From a virus (lineage: Duplodnaviria; Caudoviricetes): 64,000 bases of DNA. Of this stretch, positions 34,660-44,289 are shown piece after piece (positions within the stretch are counted from its first letter, which is position 1; each line of letters begins with the position of its first letter). The notes under the pieces were generated by a model, which was not told the DNA's origin, ran no database searches, and saw nothing but the letters and a program-made list of their open reading frames with translations. The stretch spans positions 4,721 through 68,720 of IMG/VR virus record IMGVR_UViG_3300005459_000006, one strand, 5' to 3'. The translations under genes and the position numbers were made by a program.

Positions 34660-35667
34660 ATGGCGGAAACTGCAAGGGTCGACGGTGGCCGAGCTTTCTG
34701 GGGATCCGGAAAGTGGGCAACCGAGCGCATGTTGCGCGCGATGAAGGAAGGGCGGTCGTTGACGCCGAAGGAGCTTCGGACAAACGACACCCTTCGGAAC
34801 GAGGAGTGGAAGGCGTTCGACACCGCTCTGGTGGAAGGTATTCGGACTCGGCTCCGCGCAGTTGCGGATCTCATCGGAGCCGGGCTGACGATCCCTCTGC
34901 CGAATGCGATGGCAAAAACGGTTCTGTCGTACGACAAGATCGGCGACATGGATCCGGCGACCGTATCGATGGACGGCATGGCTCGCTCCGAGAACGACCG
35001 GGTCGAGTTCGAAGCTGGCGCGCTGCCCATCCCGATCACCCACAAGGACTTCTTCATCAACATCCGGAAGCTGATGGCTTCTCGGCTGGGTGTCGAAGCC
35101 CTCGACACGATTCAGATTCGAATCGCCGGTCGCCTCGTGGGTGAGGAGATCGAACGGATGCTTTTGATCGGTGGCAAGCAGTTCCAGAGCCTTCCGATCT
35201 ACGGCTACACCACGCATCCCAATCGCAACACCATTGGCTTCAGCGGAAGCAAGCCGTGGTCAGATCTCACCAAGGACGGCGCTGGCATCCTCACCGACGT
35301 CCAGGCCATGATGTCGGCGGCTGAAGCGGACGGATTCTACGGCCCGTACTGGATCTACTTCAGCAAGAACGCTTCGGTCCGCATGGAAGGCGACTACAGT
35401 GCGACGTCGGATCTCACGATCCGTCAACGCATCGAGGCGGTCGACGGCATCTCTCGTTTCACGTCGCTGGACATGCTGCCGACCAACAGCGCGATCCTGA
35501 TCCAGCCGACGTCGGATGTCGTGCAGCTTGTTGACGGCGAGCGGCCGCAGAACGTTCAGTGGGATGTCAACGGCGGCTTCGGCGTCAACTTCAAGGTCTT
35601 CGCGATTCAGGTGCCTCTGATTCGCGCGGACGCGGACGGGAACAGCGGCATCGTTCACATGTCGTAA
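34660..35667 (+). CDS. major capsid protein (HK97 fold, encapsulin/linocin-like branch)
   Basis: LPIPITHKDF.INIR.L.ASR, IYGYTTHPNR, GPYWIY; strong RBS. Confidence 0.9.
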   Translation: MAETARVDGGRAFWGSGKWATERMLRAMKEGRSLTPKELRTNDTLRNEEWKAFDTALVEGIRTRLRAVADLIGAGLTIPLPNAMAKTVLSYDKIGDMDPATVSMDGMARSENDRVEFEAGALPIPITHKDFFINIRKLMASRLGVEALDTIQIRIAGRLVGEEIERMLLIGGKQFQSLPIYGYTTHPNRNTIGFSGSKPWSDLTKDGAGILTDVQAMMSAAEADGFYGPYWIYFSKNASVRMEGDYSATSDLTIRQRIEAVDGISRFTSLDMLPTNSAILIQPTSDVVQLVDGERPQNVQWDVNGGFGVNFKVFAIQVPLIRADADGNSGIVHMS

Positions 35668-35691
35668 GGAGGTGGGGCGTGGCCCCATGTA

Positions 35692-35705
35692 GAGCCTTCG
35701 GGCTC
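35692..35705 (+). terminator. C(UUCG)G hairpin after the MCP gene
   Basis: GAGCC-TTCG-GGCTC. Confidence 0.45.
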
Positions 35706-35761
35706 ATCTTAGCGTTGTCTGAACTCTGGACAACGCAGATCCTTACCAACGGAGGAAGCAG

Positions 35762-36274
35762 ATGAGAGTGAAAGAGTTCAAGCTGCGTGACGATGCCGTG
35801 CATTATCACGATGGTGAGCAGGTCCAGCCCGGTGACACCGTGCATCTCACCGAGGCTCAGTCGCGCGCGTGGCAGGACAAGTTCGTTCCTGTCGGTGACG
35901 GTGACTTCGAGGAGATGGATGAAGTCCCCAAGTACGATCCCAAGAAGAGCTCCAAGTCCAAGGGCGCCAAATCCAAGGACGAAGGGAACGACAAGGGACC
36001 GACCAAAGAGGCTCCTCAGGGCCAGCCGGTCGCGGCACCGGCGATTCACGTCGAGGGCACCGGCGGATTCAGTGGTCCGGTCGATCCGCACGTCATGGAC
36101 CCGGCTCGTCAGGGACAGCAGTCCCGCGAGCAGCGGCAGATCATCGATTCCGGCAAAGCGCCGGTTCCTGCCGTGTTCAGTGGCAAACAGGCCGAAACCG
36201 GAAAACCGGCTCCGGCTCAGGCTGCCAGCGGCGCGCGTCCGTCCGGCACTGCGCCTGCCGAAGAGAAGAAGTAG
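35762..36274 (+). CDS. hypothetical head-associated protein with low-complexity tail
   Basis: position after MCP; GGAGG RBS. Confidence 0.7.
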   Translation: MRVKEFKLRDDAVHYHDGEQVQPGDTVHLTEAQSRAWQDKFVPVGDGDFEEMDEVPKYDPKKSSKSKGAKSKDEGNDKGPTKEAPQGQPVAAPAIHVEGTGGFSGPVDPHVMDPARQGQQSREQRQIIDSGKAPVPAVFSGKQAETGKPAPAQAASGARPSGTAPAEEKK

Positions 36275-36289
36275 CGAGGAGAAGGGACG

Positions 36290-36628
36290 ATGTCTGCAAG
36301 CTATGATCCGTCACTCGAGGAAGAAAAGGACTGGGTCCGTCTCCTTGTTGGCGATCGAGATGTAGCTCGTCCCTTCTTTCAGGATGAAGAGCTAGAAGCG
36401 ATTCTCGCGTCAGAGGGGAATCGCTATCTTGCTGCTGCTCGTGCAGCAGAAGTGATCCTTGCTAAGGATCGTGGGCTCGTCGAGAAGGCCGTCGATGATC
36501 TTCGTCTCCGCTGGTCAGATAATGCGAAGTCCGCATACCACGAATACATCAACAGCCTCCGCGCCAAAGGGATGGCGATGGCAGCTGGTACGAGTTTCGT
36601 GTTTCGGGTCGCAGGAACCCAGCCATGA
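36290..36628 (+). CDS. head-tail adaptor
   Basis: VRLLVGD....FQDEEL motif. Confidence 0.75.
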   Translation: MSASYDPSLEEEKDWVRLLVGDRDVARPFFQDEELEAILASEGNRYLAAARAAEVILAKDRGLVEKAVDDLRLRWSDNAKSAYHEYINSLRAKGMAMAAGTSFVFRVAGTQP

Positions 36629-36972
36629 GCGACTTCATCGAACACATGATGGAGATGTTTCCTGATACGGTTACTGTCGTCATAAATAGTCCTCCTGATG
36701 CGTTCGGTGCGGTGACGCCAATTTCACAAATCGATTATCCTGCTCGTGTAGATGGTAAAGTCAGACAGATTAAGGACGCTGGTGGACAGACGGTAATGAG
36801 CTCGGTGATGGCAATCTTCCCAACGGCAAAGGGACTTTCGATCGACTATACGTATATTCTTCCGGCACATTTCGTTCCTCGAGATCCCAAGCCGATCGCT
36901 GTCGGCCATGCAAGTGACGAGACTGGTGAGTCGCACGAACGGGTCTACTTCTTCTGGACACAGACGGGCTGA
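36625..36972 (+). CDS. head closure/stopper protein
   Basis: synteny; DAGGQTVMSS motif. Confidence 0.65.
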   Translation: MSDFIEHMMEMFPDTVTVVINSPPDAFGAVTPISQIDYPARVDGKVRQIKDAGGQTVMSSVMAIFPTAKGLSIDYTYILPAHFVPRDPKPIAVGHASDETGESHERVYFFWTQTG

Positions 36973-37358
36973 TGGGTAGACCTAGAGCGACACTGAAAGG
37001 CTTGGCGGAGATGCAGCGCAAGATTTTGAATATTGCGCGTAGATTCCCCAAGCAGGTTGGAAAGGCACTGTATGATGAACTGGATAAAGTCGAGAAGCCT
37101 GAAAGCATGGCACGGACTCCAGTTCGCTATGGCGATCTTCGAGATTCTCATACGACGCGCGGCCCGGTCATTCGAATGAATAAGATCAGCGCGTGGATTG
37201 AAGTCGGGGAAGGGCTCGACTATGCAGTTCGGGTTCATGAAGATTTGGAGGCATTTCATCCAGTAGGTCAGGCGAAATTTCTCGAATCTACTATGAATGA
37301 GAGTGCGCCATACATTCTTCGTCGTGTGGCGGCTCGTATCAAGCTTGGGCAAGAATAA
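36972..37358 (+). CDS. HK97 gp10-like tail completion protein
   Basis: PVRYGDLRDS, YAVRVHE, GQAKFLES. Confidence 0.8.
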   Translation: MGRPRATLKGLAEMQRKILNIARRFPKQVGKALYDELDKVEKPESMARTPVRYGDLRDSHTTRGPVIRMNKISAWIEVGEGLDYAVRVHEDLEAFHPVGQAKFLESTMNESAPYILRRVAARIKLGQE

Positions 37359-37774
37359 TGCCGTTCATGGAAGATGTTGCATTTCTGCTAGTCGCCAATG
37401 GATTTGGCACTGTAGGAACAAATATTTTCTATTCTACTCGTGCAAAGATTCCGGTTGGAAACGGGCCATATGTTAGTCTAATCGAGACAGGAGGGTTAGC
37501 GCCAGAGAAAACACAGAATCGCAAAACCAAACCGGCTTATCAGAGACCTGGACTCCAGGTTATCGTCCGTGCGACAGATTATATTGTTGCACGAAACCGT
37601 GCAGTTGAAGTCTATAACACAATTTCAGCTGTAAGAAATCAATTTGTAGGCAATGCGCCAGGAACATGGTATTTGAATATGGCCCCTCAACAGGAGCCAT
37701 TTGATGGTGGCAGTGATGAGCAGGGCCGACCGAAGGTTCTATTCAATATCATTGCCTACAAGAGAGCAGCATGA
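37358..37774 (+). CDS. tail terminator/minor capsid-like protein
   Basis: QRPGLQVIVRA, DEQGR..VLFN; synteny. Confidence 0.75.
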   Translation: MPFMEDVAFLLVANGFGTVGTNIFYSTRAKIPVGNGPYVSLIETGGLAPEKTQNRKTKPAYQRPGLQVIVRATDYIVARNRAVEVYNTISAVRNQFVGNAPGTWYLNMAPQQEPFDGGSDEQGRPKVLFNIIAYKRAA

Positions 37775-38964
37775 AAAAACTTTTGTGGATCGGTGACGCA
37801 GCCTGTGATAGTGGCTTCTCCAATGTCACTCACAGTGTCCTTTCCTTTCTGCACAACTCGTGGGACGTCAGTGTTCTTGGCGTCAATTATCGCGGCGATC
37901 CGCACAACTATCCGTATCGCATTTATCCAGCCTTTGTGGTTGGATGTCGCAATTTTCTTGGAACCTCTCGGGTAAAGGACGTCCTCGAGGCCGAGAAGCC
38001 AGACGTGGTCGTTCTTCAGACGGATCCATGGAATGTGCCAACCTACGATGCTTTGATTGGATGTGGAATTCCAGTCATTGGTATTATTCCGGTCGATGGT
38101 CGGAACTGCGCTGGTGATCAGCTCAACACCTTGGATCGAGTCATCTTCTGGACGCACTTCGGCAGGAATGAAGCGATCAAGGGTGGCCTGAAAAAGCCGT
38201 CAACGGTCATTCCGCTCGGCGTCGATACAACGATTTTCGTTCCTGGCTTTCAACAAGCGGCTCGACAATTTCTTGGTCTGCCACAAGAGATGGTCGATGG
38301 CTTTATCGTTGGCTGTGTCAATCGCAACCAACCTCGCAAGCGATTCGATCTTTTGATCCGCTATTTCTGCATGTGGGTCAAGAGCCACAACATCGAGAAC
38401 GCGTATCTGTTTCTCCACATCGGACCAACTGGTGAGAACGGATACGATTGCGTCCGCTTGATGAAATATTACGGCATCGAGCGACGTCTATTCCTGGCCT
38501 TACCCGAGGTCTGGAAAGGCGTACCGATACCAGAGCTCGTTGCCACATATCAGGCTTTCGATGTTCAAATGACCACCACTCAGGGTGAAGGGTGGGGTCT
38601 GACGACGATGGAAGGGATGGCCTGTGGCATTCCACAGATTGTTCCTGACTGGGCTGCTCTTGGGGAATGGACCGAAGACGCAGCCTGGAAGATCAGCTGC
38701 CCAACCACTATCGCCACTCCTGGTCACGCAAATCCGATTGGCGGCATTGCGGATCAGTATCGCTGTATTTCTGCTTTGGATCGGCTCTATCGTCTTCAAG
38801 ATCTACGACAGGAGTATGGGGCACGAGGCCTTGCTCTTGTCAATCAAGAACGGTTCCGTTGGTGGAAGATCGCGTCACAAATCGAAGCCGAGCTAGCGAT
38901 TGCTTACTCCTCGGAGGACTCACACCTGCCTGATTTGCAGGTCGTAGGAGGGACAGATGCCTAG
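37771..38964 (+). CDS. GT-B (GT4-like) glycosyltransferase
   Basis: SGFSNVT, GCVNRNQPRKRFD, TTQGEGWGLTTMEGMACGIPQIVPD. Confidence 0.9.
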   Translation: MKKLLWIGDAACDSGFSNVTHSVLSFLHNSWDVSVLGVNYRGDPHNYPYRIYPAFVVGCRNFLGTSRVKDVLEAEKPDVVVLQTDPWNVPTYDALIGCGIPVIGIIPVDGRNCAGDQLNTLDRVIFWTHFGRNEAIKGGLKKPSTVIPLGVDTTIFVPGFQQAARQFLGLPQEMVDGFIVGCVNRNQPRKRFDLLIRYFCMWVKSHNIENAYLFLHIGPTGENGYDCVRLMKYYGIERRLFLALPEVWKGVPIPELVATYQAFDVQMTTTQGEGWGLTTMEGMACGIPQIVPDWAALGEWTEDAAWKISCPTTIATPGHANPIGGIADQYRCISALDRLYRLQDLRQEYGARGLALVNQERFRWWKIASQIEAELAIAYSSEDSHLPDLQVVGGTDA

Positions 38965-39385
38965 TGTTACCACAGGTCTCGAGAGCAATGCCATATCCGC
39001 ACATGGCACTCTCATCTCGCGGAACGGTACGGAAATTGCCGAGCTCCGCGACATCACGCCGCCAACGCTTACCCGCAACACGATCGAGACGACTTCGCAG
39101 AACTCCAGCGATGACAGCTACGTCGTCGGCGTTCGGCGAAAGGGCGAGTTGTCCATGACGATGGGCTTCTTGCCGAGCGGCGAGAGCACCCACGATTCGT
39201 TGACCGGCCTCGTCAAGGCGTGGCACGACGGATCCAAGGATCTCTATCTTCTGACGTTCCCGGATGGCGCCACATGGCAGTTCTCCGGATTCGTCACCAA
39301 TATCGCACCGACGGCTCCGGTGGACGGCGGCCTCGAGGCGACGGTCAACATTCGGCCGAGCGGCGGACACATCCTGTTGCCGTAG
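38957..39385 (+). CDS. major tail (tube) protein
   Basis: IETT....SYVVG.RR.GE, FPDG..W.FSGFVT, TVNIRPSG. Confidence 0.85.
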   Translation: MPSVTTGLESNAISAHGTLISRNGTEIAELRDITPPTLTRNTIETTSQNSSDDSYVVGVRRKGELSMTMGFLPSGESTHDSLTGLVKAWHDGSKDLYLLTFPDGATWQFSGFVTNIAPTAPVDGGLEATVNIRPSGGHILLP

Positions 39386-39417
39386 CGTCGGCTTTCACCG
39401 AGAGGACGAGCGAGCTT

Positions 39418-40133
39418 ATGAGCGAAACTAAATATCTCACGCCAGAGGATGTCGAAACGGTCAATGACATCCGTTATATCGATGCGACCGCTTGGGGCGG
39501 CACGCTTCGCTTCGGCTCCCTGCCAGCCGAGGACATGATCGAGTTCCTGGAATCCAACGAAGGCCCAGCGAAAAAGACGGCTGCGATTCGCATCATCGTC
39601 AAAAGCTGGGTCGACGCGGATGGAAAGCGCATCGGAACCGAGAAACACATCCAGATGCTCAAGAAGAAGGACTCGGCTACGATTTCCGAGCTCGTCGGCG
39701 TGATTCTCAAGCTGAACAAGCTGGGACAGAAAGGACAGCTCGAAGAAATAAAAAACGAATCCGGCGAAGCGATTACCGACGCTTCGCGTACCGTCTTGCA
39801 CTGAAGACAGGCCAGACTGACGTACGGCGGATGCTTCGAGGGATGTCCTGGGAAGGCTTCCTCGGATGGTTTGCCTACGACCAGATTGAGCCATTTAGTG
39901 AGAAGCGTGCAGATCTTCGGGCGGCTTCTATCTGCTCTCTTCTCGCTAACATCCATCGTGATGCTCGTAGAAAACCACGGCCTTTCACGATAGATGATTT
40001 CGTACTCGTATTCGGTGACGAGGTAAAGAAGGAAGCGCCCAAACAGACATGGCAACAACAGAAGGCCGTCGCCCATCTTTGGGTTGCTGCTCTGTCTGGT
40101 AGCAAAGCAAAGTCCAAGAAAGAAGCAGCATGA
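39418..40133 (+). CDS. tail assembly chaperone G (39418-39804) and -1 frameshift product GT (to 40133)
   Basis: in-frame slippery heptamer A AAA AAC at 39750-39756; the -1 frame is open to 40133; lies between tube and tape measure genes. Confidence 0.8.
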
Positions 40134-43100
40134 GTATCAATGTCGGTAATCTGGCCGGTGGCATTGAACTAAATGATGCTCTGTCTTCTGCACTCGAAAA
40201 GATCCATGCCCGCTTGACCTTAACTGGTGTTGATTTCCAGGAACTGGACAAGAAAGTTCAAGCTTCCAGCACCGTCTTTGGTCAAGCGGCAAACGTTCAA
40301 ACACAACTTCAGGCTGAACTCGCCAAAAGCCAAATCCTTGTAGCCGGTTATACGAAAAGTTTGGACGACGCGACCAAGGTTGCAATGACGGGAGCTCGTG
40401 CAGCGAAAGAGTTGCAGCCCGTCATTCAAGCTGAAGCTCAAGCACTCCTACAGGCTAAATCCCAAGCCGATGCACTTCGCGCTTCAATGAAACTCCTCGA
40501 TAAGGAGTTCAACACCGTTAAGGAATCTGCACAGATTACCAGCCAGCAGATCGTGGCCTTTGGTCGCGGTATGCAGGAAGCTGGAGTTGTAGTTAGCACG
40601 GCATTTTCAATTCCTATGGCTGCCGCTGGAGCAGCTTCTCTCAGCTTTGCTGGCGATTTTGAAAAAGCGATGACCAAGGCTTCTATCTTGGGCGGCTTGA
40701 CCGCCAACGAGATGAAAGCCTTTGAGTCCACTGTCATTAGCACTGCTGAAACGATGGGCAAAGCCCCGGCTGAAGTTGCGCTGGGTCTTGACGTTATCGG
40801 CTCAGCAATGTATAAAGGAGCGGAGGCTGCTGGCATTCTCGAGAAGGCGACCAAAATGTCAGCCCTCGGAATGGGCACAGTCGAGGAGACAACGCGAGCA
40901 GTCGTTGGCGCGATGCTCGCATATAAGAATGAAAATTTGGATGCCGCGGCAGCTAGTGATATCTTGCTGAAAACGGTTCAGCTTGGTAACATGAAGATTG
41001 GTGACTTGGTTGGTGCGCTGGCTAAGATCAATCCTCTTGCTGCTGCGATGGGCGTCAAATTTGCAGATGTGAATGCCGCTATTGCGACTTTCACCCATCT
41101 TGGAGCTCCTGCAGAAGTCGCTGCTACTGGTGTTCGAGCGGTTCTTTCCAATATCCTGAACGACAGTGCAAAGACCGAGAAAGGCCTGAAGGCACTCAAC
41201 ATTTCTATGGTTGATCTGCAGGCCGCGATGCGGGATAACTTCGCAAAAGCCTTGACAGATCTAGTTGCCGCCGCTGAGAAAGTTCCAGGCGGAATGGCGA
41301 AACTAAATGATGTCTTCCCGAACATCCGCGCTCTGACTCTTGTCTTGGCTGATGCCAAGGCACAAGGAGAATCTTTCTTAGATACAGCCAACGCAATTCG
41401 TAATTCAGCTGGAACACTGGATACCGCTTTCACGCAAGTTCAGCAAACTTGGACACAGCAGTGGAATGAGTTCAAGGCCAGTCTGGAGGCAGTAGGAATC
41501 CAGTTTGGTCAAGCTCTCCTGCCAATGATGAAAACTCTAATCAGTTTCATCACTGACTATGCCCTGCCAGCCGTGAAAAAGCTCATCGATCTTTTCACGT
41601 CGTTGCCACAGCCTCTACAAATCGCTGGAGTTGCTTTCGGTGGTTTCATGATTGCTGCTGGGCCGACATTGATTTTTGTTGGCGAGATGATTCGCGCTTG
41701 GGGACATCTCAGTGCCGCGATGAAAACTGAGACCTTCAAGAATGCGATTGCTGGATTGATAGCATTCGGCGAACGTATAGCTGAGACAACTACGTTCGCA
41801 TGGGCATTGAATACTGCATTACTCGCTGTTGGAGCGACTGCGGTTGCTGGTGGGGTCTACGGAATTTTCAAGATCGTCGAACAGTTTACGTTGCTACAAG
41901 CTGAAAATGCCAATCGTGCATCAGCGGCTGCAAGACAGGCAACTGTCGATGAATCCAATCTGATTCGGATTCAGGAACAAGCAAACAAGGTGCTTGGTGA
42001 CAAAGCAACCAAGTTTAAGGATCTCAACGAGGCAGTGAAGTGGGCCAACGAGAACTCTGCGAAGTTAAGAACTGATGATGAAATTTTGAACTTCGTGATG
42101 AACGAGTTAGCGGATTCCCAGAATAGAGTCTCAGAGACCTCAAAGATCTGGGCCGCTGAAGCTGATATCGCCAAATTCTCTACATCAAATCTCTCGGTAT
42201 CCATGCAGGATCTCGTCAAGAAGCTCTTTGACGTAGGCATGAGCTCAGCAGAAGCAGTAACGTTCCTCAAGGAGCATAATCTCTTCAACGATGAGATGAA
42301 GGTCGGTATCGAGAACCTCCACGAAGCTTACACTAAAGAACAGAAAGCCCTTAAAGACGTGGCCGATGCTGAGCTTGCTGCTCACATGGCTTCTGTCCCA
42401 TTGTATGAAGCACAGGAGAAGGAAGTTAGACGGCTCCTCGATTTGGGGTTGGGACACAAACAAATCGCTGACTATCTTGGTGTTCATATCGCTCAAGTAA
42501 ATGCACTTGTCAAAGTTAAAGCTGACGAGGAAAAATCCCTCAAGGCTGAACTGAAAGCTATTGATGACCTCGAGAAAGAGTGGAATTCGTACTACAAGGA
42601 CAAAGACCTTCTTGGGGCAACCGACAGCGAAAAGATCCGTATCAAAGCCGATGCAGACTACGCGAAAATCGTTGAGAAACTTCAAGACGCTGGAGTTGCT
42701 CAAGTTGAGTACTACAATCAAGCTTGGGCTCTGCGTGAGCTCGACATTAAGAAAGAGGAGGAGTCTCGCATCCTGAAAGATACCAAGTCCAAGGCTCATC
42801 TTGACCAAGAGCTGAGGGAAGCTAAGGACAAGTACGATTTCATGCGGATGCATTCTGATCAGTATCATGCTGCTGACATTGAGAATCAGAAAAAGTCCGT
42901 TGAGCACCTCAAGAGCATGAGAGACCATTGGTATGATGTCGGTCATGCGATTGACAAGAATATCGAGAAGGTTCGCACTCTTTCCGGTGAAATTCTTACC
43001 CTCAAGGAATACGAGGCCCGCCAGCTCGCAGGTGGCACTTTCGACGTCACGTCTCAGAACTTTGAACAGACCGCACGTGGTCTGAATCTTGGTATACGAC

Positions 43101-43444
43101 GTGCAACGGAGTTGGCTCACAAGGGCTACTCGTTGCAAGAGATCGTTCAAATCCTGAACAGCAAAGCTACTGGTCCAGTCCCTCCACCACAGGGGCCAAA
43201 GATCCCCGGCTTCATCGAGGGAGGTGTCGGAGACTTCAAGGCTGGCACTTTAGCGATGCTACACGGTCGCGAGGCAATCGTCCCTCTCGATAGGGCGGGA
43301 TATGGAGGCAAGGTCAACATCGAGGCGGGTGCCTTCGTTTTCCAATACCCGATTATGAAAGATCGTCGGTCAATGGAGGAATTTGCCAGCGTAATCGACG
43401 AAGTGCTCTCTAATCGCTTGATGAATATGGGGGCTCGTAACTAA
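40130..43444 (+). CDS. tape measure protein
   Basis: 1104 aa, Ala-rich helical, TP901-like core, C-terminal MLHGREAIVPL. Confidence 0.95.
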   Translation: MSINVGNLAGGIELNDALSSALEKIHARLTLTGVDFQELDKKVQASSTVFGQAANVQTQLQAELAKSQILVAGYTKSLDDATKVAMTGARAAKELQPVIQAEAQALLQAKSQADALRASMKLLDKEFNTVKESAQITSQQIVAFGRGMQEAGVVVSTAFSIPMAAAGAASLSFAGDFEKAMTKASILGGLTANEMKAFESTVISTAETMGKAPAEVALGLDVIGSAMYKGAEAAGILEKATKMSALGMGTVEETTRAVVGAMLAYKNENLDAAAASDILLKTVQLGNMKIGDLVGALAKINPLAAAMGVKFADVNAAIATFTHLGAPAEVAATGVRAVLSNILNDSAKTEKGLKALNISMVDLQAAMRDNFAKALTDLVAAAEKVPGGMAKLNDVFPNIRALTLVLADAKAQGESFLDTANAIRNSAGTLDTAFTQVQQTWTQQWNEFKASLEAVGIQFGQALLPMMKTLISFITDYALPAVKKLIDLFTSLPQPLQIAGVAFGGFMIAAGPTLIFVGEMIRAWGHLSAAMKTETFKNAIAGLIAFGERIAETTTFAWALNTALLAVGATAVAGGVYGIFKIVEQFTLLQAENANRASAAARQATVDESNLIRIQEQANKVLGDKATKFKDLNEAVKWANENSAKLRTDDEILNFVMNELADSQNRVSETSKIWAAEADIAKFSTSNLSVSMQDLVKKLFDVGMSSAEAVTFLKEHNLFNDEMKVGIENLHEAYTKEQKALKDVADAELAAHMASVPLYEAQEKEVRRLLDLGLGHKQIADYLGVHIAQVNALVKVKADEEKSLKAELKAIDDLEKEWNSYYKDKDLLGATDSEKIRIKADADYAKIVEKLQDAGVAQVEYYNQAWALRELDIKKEEESRILKDTKSKAHLDQELREAKDKYDFMRMHSDQYHAADIENQKKSVEHLKSMRDHWYDVGHAIDKNIEKVRTLSGEILTLKEYEARQLAGGTFDVTSQNFEQTARGLNLGIRRATELAHKGYSLQEIVQILNSKATGPVPPPQGPKIPGFIEGGVGDFKAGTLAMLHGREAIVPLDRAGYGGKVNIEAGAFVFQYPIMKDRRSMEEFASVIDEVLSNRLMNMGARN

Positions 43445-44289
43445 TGCCTTCATTAACAGCATCGGCTAGCCCAAGCGAAGAATTCTATCTCTCTGTCGAT
43501 GAGAGCGATCTTGCAGTTTATTTTCTAGCTGAGGTAGCCGGTGATCATGTTGCTGAAGCTGGAGCATCTCTTCAGGTCTTTCCTAGTACAGGGGCATTCT
43601 CTGATGATTGGATAGACGATACTCTTACGTTCGCTTGCTTCATCTATAAATTCGGTCCAAACTATGACGCCGAAGGAAACCCTGTCACTGGTATCGGCCA
43701 TGACGGTAACGAGTACGATACCGGATATGCTAGCACGACAGGTATCTTCTTCTGGGGCACTTTCGCAATCCAGCCATTTCGCGTTCAAGCCAGTGTTCCT
43801 GCTCCTCGAGATGCAACGATTACTTACGAGGTCACGAGCCCTTCAGATGATTTTCCTATCGTTGAGAATCCTGAACCTCCCAGCGTTAACGACCCTGATC
43901 CTTTCCTCGCTGCTCCGAGCAACCTAAGAGCGATCTATTCGATCAATGCTTCTGGAGTGGCCCATGTTCGTTTAACATGGATTGATAATTCCGATTCAGA
44001 AGACGGTTTTGTTATTGAATTCGGTAATGGAACATGGCAGGAGCTTGTTCGTGTTGATGCTGGCATCGAGCTCTACGATGATACCTATGCGGTCAGCATC
44101 GCCAATGCGCTCAGTCATCTCGGCATGAGCAACGTCTATTCGATCTTTTCATACCGTGGCTCTAAACGCTCTGCTAAAGTTTTCACTACTTGTGAACGAC
44201 CTGAATTCACACCAGATCCAGTTAGCGGATTGACCACTGGTGGTGAAACGATTGTCTTGACGATGTCCTATCCCGTCTTCGGTGTATAG
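43444..44289 (+). CDS. tail protein with fibronectin type III-like domain
   Basis: APSNLRA...VRLTWIDNSDSEDGFVIE. Confidence 0.7.
   Translation: MPSLTASASPSEEFYLSVDESDLAVYFLAEVAGDHVAEAGASLQVFPSTGAFSDDWIDDTLTFACFIYKFGPNYDAEGNPVTGIGHDGNEYDTGYASTTGIFFWGTFAIQPFRVQASVPAPRDATITYEVTSPSDDFPIVENPEPPSVNDPDPFLAAPSNLRAIYSINASGVAHVRLTWIDNSDSEDGFVIEFGNGTWQELVRVDAGIELYDDTYAVSIANALSHLGMSNVYSIFSYRGSKRSAKVFTTCERPEFTPDPVSGLTTGGETIVLTMSYPVFGV

Noticed and set aside
33240-35108. 622-aa minus-strand ORF (and 2334-3155 minus)
   Set aside because: Antisense shadows of scaffold/decoration/capsid genes and of the 2385 ORF, caused by codon bias.
34660-35667. Encapsulin/bacteriocin nanocompartment
   Set aside because: The context (terminase, portal, protease, decoration, head-tail genes) identifies it as the phage major capsid protein.
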